A DNA stretch of 64,000 nt. Origin: Nibricoccus sp. GTDB lineage: Bacteria > Verrucomicrobiota > Verrucomicrobiia > Opitutales > Opitutaceae. How positions within the stretch are numbered: the first letter of the stretch is position 1; each line of letters begins with the position of its first letter. Position numbers and translations under genes: made by a program. Under the pieces are notes generated by a model that saw only the letters and a list, made by a program, of their open reading frames with translations, was not told where the DNA came from and made no database searches. The stretch lies in the NCBI GenBank assembly GCA_047602425.1, contig JASGHG010000001.1, positions 448,001-512,000 on the forward strand, read 5' to 3'. Positions 56,744 through 64,000 of this stretch are shown here, in pieces.

Positions 56744-58432
56744 ATGAAAAAAATAACTGGAGCCAACCTCCTCCGCATCCTGCTCGAAAGACAGGGCATT
56801 CGGACCCTGCCGGGCATCCCCGGCGGCGCCATTTTGCCCTTTTACGACGCGCTGCATGGCAGCGCCATTCGCCACGTCCTCGCCCGTCACGAACAAGGCG
56901 CGGGCTTCATCGCCCACGGCATGGCGCGCGTCACCGGCCGTGCCGCCGCCTGTCTCGCCACCTCCGGACCCGGCGCGACGAACCTTCTCACCGCCATCGC
57001 CGACGCGCGTCTCGACTCCATTCCACTTGTCGCGATCACCGGACAAGTGCCGCAGGCGCTGATCGGCACCGATGCGTTTCAAGAGGTCGACACCTACGGG
57101 CTCACGCTCCCAATCACGAAGCACAATTTTCTCGTTCGCTCCGCCGCCGAACTCCTCGAAGTGGTGCCGCTCGCCTTCGAACTCGCCGAATCGGGCCGGC
57201 CCGGTCCCGTGGCCATCGATGTGCCCAAAGACGTGCAAAACGAAACCGTCGACATCGCCAGTCTGCCCGAGCCGGGGCGACGTCGTCCCCTCCCCGCCTG
57301 CCCGGACGAACCAATCTCCGCCCTCGCGCACTTGATTGCGCATGCTCAACGCCCCGTGCTTTACCTCGGCGGCGGTATCATCGCCGCCAATACAGCGCCT
57401 CAAGCTCGTGAACTCGCCCATCGCGCCGCGATGCCCACGGTTTGCACGCTCATGGCGCTCGGCACCATCCCGCCTGAGGATCCGCTCTACATGGGCATGC
57501 TCGGCATGCACGGTACTCAAGGCACCAATTTTCTCCTCGAAGAAGCCGACTTGGTCCTCGCGATCGGGGCACGGTTCGACGATCGCGCCACGGGAAAAGT
57601 CGCCGAATTCTGCCCACGCGCGACCATTGCGCACATCGATATCGATCCGGCCGAAATCGGTAAAATCAAAACCCCGTTTCTCGGCCTCGTGGGCGATGCC
57701 GCCGATATCTTGGGTCACCTGCTCAAGATTCTGCCGCCACAAAAACGCCCGGCGTGGCTCGCGCGCGCTGCCGAACTTCGCGCCAGCTACCCGCTGGACC
57801 ATCCTCCGCGCAGCGAAGCCCCGCTGCATCCCGTGAATCTGTGCCGTTTTCTCGGCGAACAATTGCCCGACGACGTTGTTATCACGACGGACGTGGGCCA
57901 GCATCAGATGTGGGTGGCGCAGGCGTATCCCTTCCGTCAACCGCGCACCCTGCTCACATCCGGTGGACTCGGCACGATGGGCTTCGGCCTGCCGGCCGCG
58001 ATCGGTGCTGCTCTGGCCGCGCCAGGACGACGTGTGGCCTGCGTGAGCGGCGACGGCTCTTTCCTGATGAACATCCAGGAACTCGCCACCCTCGCCGAGG
58101 AAAACCTGCCCGTAGCCGTGTTGATTTTCAACAATGCCCACCTCGGTCTCGTGCGCCAACAACAGGAACTGTTCTACAAACAACGTTACGAAGCCTCGCG
58201 CTTCTCCGCGAATCCCGACTTCGCAGCGATTGCCCGCGGCTTCGGCGTGCGCGGCGTGCGGATCGATCCCAACGTCGACCCGCTCGCCGAAATCGCCCAA
58301 GCCCTCGCCGGCGACGGACCGTGTGTAATTGATATTCCAATACATACAACAACCAACGTGTATCCCATGGTGCCCCCCGGGGCCGCCAACCGCCAAATGA
58401 TCGCCCAAAAACCGGAGCCCGCCCATGCCTGA
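56744..58432 (+). CDS. ilvB: Acetolactate synthase large subunit (AHAS I type)
   Basis: GIPGGAILP, RHEQGA, TSGPGATN, TDVGQHQMW, GDGSFLMN, YPMVPPGAAN. Confidence 0.95.
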   Translation: MKKITGANLLRILLERQGIRTLPGIPGGAILPFYDALHGSAIRHVLARHEQGAGFIAHGMARVTGRAAACLATSGPGATNLLTAIADARLDSIPLVAITGQVPQALIGTDAFQEVDTYGLTLPITKHNFLVRSAAELLEVVPLAFELAESGRPGPVAIDVPKDVQNETVDIASLPEPGRRRPLPACPDEPISALAHLIAHAQRPVLYLGGGIIAANTAPQARELAHRAAMPTVCTLMALGTIPPEDPLYMGMLGMHGTQGTNFLLEEADLVLAIGARFDDRATGKVAEFCPRATIAHIDIDPAEIGKIKTPFLGLVGDAADILGHLLKILPPQKRPAWLARAAELRASYPLDHPPRSEAPLHPVNLCRFLGEQLPDDVVITTDVGQHQMWVAQAYPFRQPRTLLTSGGLGTMGFGLPAAIGAALAAPGRRVACVSGDGSFLMNIQELATLAEENLPVAVLIFNNAHLGLVRQQQELFYKQRYEASRFSANPDFAAIARGFGVRGVRIDPNVDPLAEIAQALAGDGPCVIDIPIHTTTNVYPMVPPGAANRQMIAQKPEPAHA

Positions 58433-58814
58433 TCATCCTGCCTCCTCCACTTCCACGGAAACCGCCGGTCGGAACGTTTGTAACCTAATAAGTTACAAAC
58501 TGTCTGATACCGCCAAAGGGGTCATCCTCGAACTCGTGGTGCGCAACCATCCGGGAACGATGTCACATATCACCGGCTTGTTCGCGCGCCGCGCCTTCAA
58601 TCTTGAGGCGATTTTTGTCGTGCCGTTGCCCGGAAGCGACACGAGCCGCATTCTTCTGCATCTGGCCGATGAGCCCAAACTCGTGCAGGTCGAGAAACAG
58701 CTCGCGAAGCTTCACGATGTGCTTTCGGTACGGCATCGTGCCGATCTCTCGCCGGAAATTTTCAGCCGCTGGATGAACCAGATTCCGGATGCGTCGCCCG
58801 CTCCAACCAGTTGA
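58425..58814 (+). CDS. ilvN: Acetolactate synthase small subunit (short ACT, IlvN type)
   Basis: [26 protein letters not shown]. The ATG overlaps the ilvB end. Confidence 0.92.
   Translation: MPDHPASSTSTETAGRNVCNLISYKLSDTAKGVILELVVRNHPGTMSHITGLFARRAFNLEAIFVVPLPGSDTSRILLHLADEPKLVQVEKQLAKLHDVLSVRHRADLSPEIFSRWMNQIPDASPAPTS
58476..58500. repeat. 19-bp palindrome, copy 3, in-frame in ilvN
   Basis: GTTTGTAAC-CTAATAA-GTTACAAAC, encoding VCNLISYK. Confidence 0.8.
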
Positions 58815-59037
58815 AGTAGGCAACCGCCTCTTCGCGCGATTTGCCGCACATTTCCTCGGTCGGACGCAGCCCGGCACAAAACGCCGGGCGCTCCGGCCGG
58901 CCGAAAATGGCACAGCGCAAATCTTCGGTCAGCTGCACACATCTCACGCCTGCCGGCTTGCCCTGGGGCATGCCCGGAATCGGCGAATTGATCGATGGAG
59001 CCGTGCAACACGCCCCGCATCCGGCGCGGCAGTCCAT
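58762..59037 (-). CDS. YkgJ family cysteine cluster protein
   Basis: [11 protein letters not shown]...GKPAGVRC...RPAFC...EMCG. The start may be 59052. Confidence 0.88.
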   Translation of the reverse strand: MDCRAGCGACCTAPSINSPIPGMPQGKPAGVRCVQLTEDLRCAIFGRPERPAFCAGLRPTEEMCGKSREEAVAYFNWLERATHPESGSSSG

Positions 59038-59058
59038 ACTTTTTGGGGGCATGGCGAT

Positions 59059-62000
59059 TTATTTCAATTTCAACTCCACCCTCGCGCCCTTGGCGGCGGG
59101 TTGGTCGCTCGTGATCGGCACAACTGAAAGCCGTCCTGCAGGCACTTCGCCGTAGTTGACTAGGTACTGCTGCACGGCGTTCGCGCGGGCGATGGCCAGC
59201 TTGCGAAACGCTTCCTCGTCGACCGTGATTTGGGTGAGCAAACGCGCCTTCATTTCGTCAAAGCTCAATGGCTTGATGTCTTTCACTTCCGAGGTGGTTT
59301 CAGCTGTGCCATCGGGCTTGTTTTTTTTCACGGCCTCAAGTTCCTGCCTTTGCATGGCGACCGGCGCTACATCCCTTTTCTTTCGCTTAAACGCTCCGAG
59401 ATTGCCGCGTTGGCCGGGAGCCGGATCGTCTTCGTAACCGGGATCGCCCGGGCTAAGCTTTTTGGGCCGCTCCTTCGGAAAGGCCCTGTAGAAAAGCCGG
59501 CGGATCATGCCGTTTTTCTGCTGTGGATCGATCTGGATCTGGTCGAGCGTCACCGCGGGGTCGATCATGCGACGATCATTCCAAATGATATTGCGCATCT
59601 GATTTTCCAGCGCCTGCTCACGCACCATGTCGGCATCGATGGTTTCGTCGTAACCACCAAAAATATCCAAGCGCAGCAGCGGTCGCTCCTTCATCGCCTT
59701 CGCAATGACATCAAGTTTCTTGATTTCCTCATCGTTGACCGGGATGTCTTCGCCGGGCAAAAATGCCTGGAAGGAAAGTTCCTCGCCCTTGCCGTCGCCA
59801 AACATCGAGCCGAGCAAGGAAAACGGCGATGTTGCAGCCTTGGTCAATAGATTGCTAACCACGCGCCAGATAAGCGGGCCGACGCGGAAACCAGGGTCGT
59901 CAAGACCGCCTTGCACCGGTAAATCGAGCACGATCTTGCCGGACGTATCGCGCAGAAGGGCCACCGCCAGACGAACCGGCAGTTGGGTGGCGTCGGGGCT
60001 GTTTGTCGCATTGCCCAAGGTAAACTGATCGATCGTCGCAACATTGGACGCGTCGACTTTTCGTTTCTTGATGTTGCATTTAACATCGAGTGTCAGAGCG
60101 CCGCGTTGCAGTTCGTAGCCCGCAAATTTCCCGATGTATGGCGCGATCGGCGCAAGTTCCATGCCTTTCATCGTGACCTTCATTTCCGTGAAGGCATCGA
60201 TGCTCAATGGATTCGTTCTTCCCGAAATGATGACGGGAGTAACGCCTTCGATTCGGCCTCGAATATCGACGGTGGCCCGCGACAATTCAGAAGAGGAAAG
60301 TCCTTCGACCGAACCGGATAATTGGTTGAGCACGAGGCGTACATTCGGTCGCAGCGATCGGTCGGTGAAGTCGACCGTTGCCTTGTCCAACACGAACCTA
60401 TCCAAAGAGACCATGGTGTCTCCCATGAGCCCTGCCGTCGGCATGGGCGCCGGTTTGTTCTTGGGAAAAGTTATTTGAGGCGCTGGTTCGGCCATGGAGC
60501 CGCTCAAACGCAAAGCTCGCCCGAAATTCGTGGTGCCGTCGTTGTTGACGATCAAATGGCCGGCCGGCTCCAGCCAATAGATTTCGGTCGCTAGCATTTT
60601 CGACGGTTCGTTGCTGTATTCGAGGCCTTTGATCGCGAGGCTGCGCCAACTCGCCAGTTCATCGGTTTCACTCGCGCCGTACGCCGCGAAATCGTCGACA
60701 TTGAGTTCTCCTTGCGCTGAAAGCATCGGCTGTTTGTCCGGCGGAATTTCGGCTCCGAGATAAAGTCTCGTCGTCAATACCCCACGTTTCACCCGAATAT
60801 CGGCAAAGGTTTCGAGATAAGGACTCAGTCCGGCGAGCGAGATATTAGTGAGCTCAACGCCGAGCTGAGCCCCCAACGGTGCGAGCGTGACCGAGCCGGC
60901 GACGTGAACCTCACCGTCGGGCGCATAGTTGGCGCGAAAGCCGAACTGCCTCGGCTTATCCAATTCCGCCAGGGAAAGGTTGAGCAAATCGCACGACAAA
61001 TCGCTAAACTGATGTTTCGCCAAACGCGTCGCGACTTGATCTTCGATATTCAAATTGAGCCCGCGCAACGTGATCGCGCCAACCTTCACATTCGGCAAAG
61101 ACGCGTTCGGAACCGCAGCCGGCGCTGGCGTAAGTGCGACCGTCGGTCCCTTTTCTGGTCCCAGGCCCACCAGCGTGAAAAGCTCGACCAAGTCGATACC
61201 GCCAGCCGTCCTGCGCATGTTCACCGAACCACCTGTCACCGTCACGCGTCGCACGTCGGCCGATACAACCGGCCAGGTCGCTGCCGCCTCGGAAATGTCG
61301 ATCTGGTCGAGTGAGACCACTGCCTCGCTCTGTCCTCGTGGCGCAATCCGCAGGGACGTCAGCCCCGCTTTCGCTTCGGAAAGTCGTAACGCAGGCTCGC
61401 CGTTTTCGAACGAGAATTCGTAGTGCCCCGCGATGTTCAATTGTCCGTCGAGAAGATCGAAACGCACGCGGCTCGCGTAATAGGGCGCGTATTTTTTCAA
61501 CGACAGCTTGCCCAATTCGAAATCGCCACTCGATTTCAGCGGCGCAAACGAAACGCGGCCTTTCCAGCTCATCGTTTCACCTGACTCTGTCGTCACACTA
61601 AATTCGCCCGGAGCCTGCCCCTTGCCGCCCGTGTGAAAATTGCGCAGCTCCAGGGTCGTTGGTCCAAGCGTGGTGCCAAATATTTCGCCTTGGCTCGCGT
61701 CGCTGTAAACCAGCCGGGCTTCCGCAATGGCCAAGCGCCCCACAGCAATAGGCCAGGAAGCTTTAGCCTTTTTAGAAGGTTCGTCTTTTTGCCCCAATTT
61801 CGCCAGCAGATCCGCAAAATTCACGTTGCCCTCTTTGTCCACCGAAACCCGGCCCTCGAAACCATCCAATTCGATGGCTTGGAAACGCCATTCGCCCCGC
61901 ACGATCGAAAACGTATCGAAATTCACACACAGGCGCCGCCAACCCAAAAACGTTCCCTCGGCCGGCGCTGCCTCGGCCAATTTGAAATCCTCCAGCGTGA

Positions 62001-62235
62001 GAGAAAACACCAATGGATTGAAATGCACTTTCGCGACTTTGACCTCCCGCTGGAGCATGGCCGAAAGCCGTTTCTCCATCTGGCCCTGCAACATAGAAGG
62101 GAGGACGAAAAAACCAACCAGTGTCCAGAGTATCGCCAAAATGCCCAACCAGAAGGCCACGCGTACGATCACGTGCACCCGGCTGCTCGAACGGTCGTAC
62201 TCTTGTCTCAATTCACTTAGGTGAGGGATATTCAA
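59059..62235 (-). CDS. DUF748 (AsmA-like) domain protein
   Basis: N-terminal TM, VHFNPL, NFADLL, repeated beta segments, LPVRLAVALLRD...LDLPVQG...DPGF...KAATSPF. Confidence 0.88.
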   Translation of the reverse strand: MNIPHLSELRQEYDRSSSRVHVIVRVAFWLGILAILWTLVGFFVLPSMLQGQMEKRLSAMLQREVKVAKVHFNPLVFSLTLEDFKLAEAAPAEGTFLGWRRLCVNFDTFSIVRGEWRFQAIELDGFEGRVSVDKEGNVNFADLLAKLGQKDEPSKKAKASWPIAVGRLAIAEARLVYSDASQGEIFGTTLGPTTLELRNFHTGGKGQAPGEFSVTTESGETMSWKGRVSFAPLKSSGDFELGKLSLKKYAPYYASRVRFDLLDGQLNIAGHYEFSFENGEPALRLSEAKAGLTSLRIAPRGQSEAVVSLDQIDISEAAATWPVVSADVRRVTVTGGSVNMRRTAGGIDLVELFTLVGLGPEKGPTVALTPAPAAVPNASLPNVKVGAITLRGLNLNIEDQVATRLAKHQFSDLSCDLLNLSLAELDKPRQFGFRANYAPDGEVHVAGSVTLAPLGAQLGVELTNISLAGLSPYLETFADIRVKRGVLTTRLYLGAEIPPDKQPMLSAQGELNVDDFAAYGASETDELASWRSLAIKGLEYSNEPSKMLATEIYWLEPAGHLIVNNDGTTNFGRALRLSGSMAEPAPQITFPKNKPAPMPTAGLMGDTMVSLDRFVLDKATVDFTDRSLRPNVRLVLNQLSGSVEGLSSSELSRATVDIRGRIEGVTPVIISGRTNPLSIDAFTEMKVTMKGMELAPIAPYIGKFAGYELQRGALTLDVKCNIKKRKVDASNVATIDQFTLGNATNSPDATQLPVRLAVALLRDTSGKIVLDLPVQGGLDDPGFRVGPLIWRVVSNLLTKAATSPFSLLGSMFGDGKGEELSFQAFLPGEDIPVNDEEIKKLDVIAKAMKERPLLRLDIFGGYDETIDADMVREQALENQMRNIIWNDRRMIDPAVTLDQIQIDPQQKNGMIRRLFYRAFPKERPKKLSPGDPGYEDDPAPGQRGNLGAFKRKKRDVAPVAMQRQELEAVKKNKPDGTAETTSEVKDIKPLSFDEMKARLLTQITVDEEAFRKLAIARANAVQQYLVNYGEVPAGRLSVVPITSDQPAAKGARVELKLK

Positions 62236-62345
62236 GGCAAACCAAGGCTAATGAAGACCTTCCCCGAATATCAAGCCGGCTACCGGGTGTATTCTGGCGA
62301 CTTTTAACTATTTATCATGCTTTGACGACTTAAGAAAAAGCCTAC

Positions 62346-62822
62346 ATGGTGCGATTCCTTGTGAAGATGGAAGTCAAAGCACCCGGTCTGGAAACGTTCT
62401 TGCACGAAATGATCCCGCTCGCGCGGGCGATGGGCGTTCGCATCGAAGTGAGCGACGAAAACAAGCTCGAACTTGTTGCCCCGCATGAGCTGAACCGCAA
62501 TTCGCTCAACACCGCTTTTGGCGGCAGCCTCGTGTCGCTCGCCACGCTTGCCGGTTACGGTGTGGTCTGGGAATTGATGCGCAACGAGGACACCAAGTGG
62601 GCCATCGTGATCAAAGACAGCAAAGCCGCGTACCGCAAACCCGTGCTCGGCGACCTGCGCGCCATCTGCGAGCGCCCGACCAAACTCGCCATCGAAGAAT
62701 TCAAAGCCGCCCTCGCCCGCTACGGTCAGGCCAAGCTCAAGCTCCGCGCCTCCGTGGTCGAAAAAGGGTCCGTGGCCGTCGACTTCCATGCCGCTTTCGT
62801 GGTCTCGGCCCCGAAGGCCTGA
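62346..62822 (+). CDS. Stand-alone YiiD C-terminal hotdog (thioesterase-like) protein
   Basis: IPLARAMG, APHELNRN...TAFGGSL, YRKPV. The start may be 62367. Confidence 0.82.
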   Translation: MVRFLVKMEVKAPGLETFLHEMIPLARAMGVRIEVSDENKLELVAPHELNRNSLNTAFGGSLVSLATLAGYGVVWELMRNEDTKWAIVIKDSKAAYRKPVLGDLRAICERPTKLAIEEFKAALARYGQAKLKLRASVVEKGSVAVDFHAAFVVSAPKA

Positions 62823-62850
62823 ACGAGACAACAACAACTTCGCCCCGCCC

Positions 62851-62880
62851 AAGACGCCTCGTTTTCAGGCGTCTTTATTT
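62851..62880. terminator. Terminator-like hairpin between convergent genes
   Basis: AAGACGCCT-CGTTTTC-AGGCGTCTT-TATTT. Confidence 0.7.
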
Positions 62881-62886
62881 CCCGAC

Positions 62887-63789
62887 TCACGCCGCCAGTG
62901 CTTCGACCAGATTCCGCACTTCGCCCAAGCGTATCCGAACTTCGACTACAAGCCGCATCAGGCGCTCCGGCGTAAAACGCAACGGACGCAGGACCACCGC
63001 GTCGGGTAATGCCGGCGTGCGAAAATCGTCCTCGGCGCAGACCACGGTGCGCAACCATTTCGCCGCATTCAACAGGCAGGCCATGCGTGCATAACCAGCC
63101 GATCCATGCGGCGCATTCTGCCAGCGAATCGGTTCGACCAGCGTGGCCGGAAATTCCCAACGTTGCAGCAATGCCGCGCCCACTTCGGCCTGCGTGCAAC
63201 CGAGGAGCGCACGTTCACTCGCCGTGAAATCGCTGACGACATCGCGCGGCATGAAAAGCAACGACGGCGCCCGTTGCAGCGCCCATTCGTCAATCGCTAC
63301 CACACCAGCCGCGTGCAACAAACCCGCGGAGTAAGCGACGCCTTTGTCTTCACCGGTAAGTTCTGCCAGCAATTCCGCCGACAGCGCACAAGACACTGAC
63401 CATCGCCAAAGTTCATCCGCGTCCAATCCATAGAGATTGACCGGTCGCGCCAGCACTTGGGCTTTTGCGACCTGACTGATCATTGCGACAATCGGGTTTA
63501 GACCGATTAAATTGATCGCATCCTCCACTGTCGTGCACTGCGCACCTCGAATCGATGCGCGCTGAAAGCCTAAGCCCAAAACCCGAGCCGTCAGTCCGGG
63601 ATCAAGCCGCAACAAACGGCTGACGTCCTGCAGACTAAGATTTTCTTCGTGCATCAATTCGCTCAACCGCGGCAGCACGTTCGGCGCCGACGGCAAATGC
63701 GACAACATCCCGGCGATTTCCTCAGGCGAGGGACGCGTCGGAAGGTCGAGGCTGAATGAAGCAGGAGGCATGGTATTTATATCGGCCAT
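62887..63789 (-). CDS. HDOD domain protein
   Basis: LPSAP, DPGLTARVL, AINLIG, AGLLH, EVGAALLQRWEFP. Confidence 0.88.
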   Translation of the reverse strand: MADINTMPPASFSLDLPTRPSPEEIAGMLSHLPSAPNVLPRLSELMHEENLSLQDVSRLLRLDPGLTARVLGLGFQRASIRGAQCTTVEDAINLIGLNPIVAMISQVAKAQVLARPVNLYGLDADELWRWSVSCALSAELLAELTGEDKGVAYSAGLLHAAGVVAIDEWALQRAPSLLFMPRDVVSDFTASERALLGCTQAEVGAALLQRWEFPATLVEPIRWQNAPHGSAGYARMACLLNAAKWLRTVVCAEDDFRTPALPDAVVLRPLRFTPERLMRLVVEVRIRLGEVRNLVEALAA

Positions 63790-63883
63790 CTAGGGTGTTT
63801 TTTGATCAGAATCCGTGGGTTTTCCACCAACAGTCTGAAAATTCGACTGGCAAAACCCGCCTCAACGCACACGTTACGACACT

Positions 63884-64000
63884 ATGTCTATCACCAATTT
63901 GCAGTCACGTTCCGCCGCTCCCACTCCTCACCTCGACGATGACGACGACGAGGAGCAAGAAAACCAAAACGAGTCCAAAAGCGCACCCGTTGCGGCTGTG
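63884..64000 (+). CDS. Start of an ORF running off the window (acidic N-terminus)
   Basis: MSITNLQSRSAAPTPHLDDDDDEEQENQ..., open to the window end. Confidence 0.55.
   Translation, partial: MSITNLQSRSAAPTPHLDDDDDEEQENQNESKSAPVAAV

Noticed and set aside
56654..58426. 590-aa antisense ORF
   Set aside because: It is the antisense shadow of ilvB.

Overview
GC-rich bacterial chromosome segment, most consistent with an Opitutaceae-type verrucomicrobium. This is inferred from the PV-type microcompartment, the gene set and the pyrimidine-rich translation starts lacking SD motifs. In order it contains: hisS (partial), HU, an atypical ClpX, ubiE/menG, erpA/iscA, a Ser/Thr kinase next to rpoN, trpB2, and a 10-gene Planctomycetes/Verrucomicrobia-type bacterial microcompartment operon (11.2-17.9 kb). 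A ~21-kb surface-glycan cluster follows (asnB-type amidotransferase, Wzm/Wzt, ~11 glycosyltransferases, Wzy-like and WaaL-like proteins, priming transferase, methyltransferase), coupled to a flavoprotein disulfide reductase. Then come hisA, an M42 peptidase, miaA, a putative lipid-remodelling module (GT4, DAG kinase-like, PlcP/LpxH-like, FabX/NMO-like), small envelope genes, ettA, a stand-alone tandem AP2-like basic protein, an ivbL-ilvB-ilvN unit with a complete attenuator, and YkgJ, DUF748, YiiD-C and HDOD genes. The most notable signals missing from the ORF track are: a covarying 19-bp AT-rich palindrome found three times (once in-frame inside ilvN), the Val/Leu leader-peptide attenuator, GTAG-type REP hairpins and a heptamer array inside the BMC operon, and a 31-bp inverted-repeat element supplying the miaA stop codon. 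No rRNA, tRNA, CRISPR array or intact transposase was seen. All family assignments come from motif recognition by eye; no searches were run.
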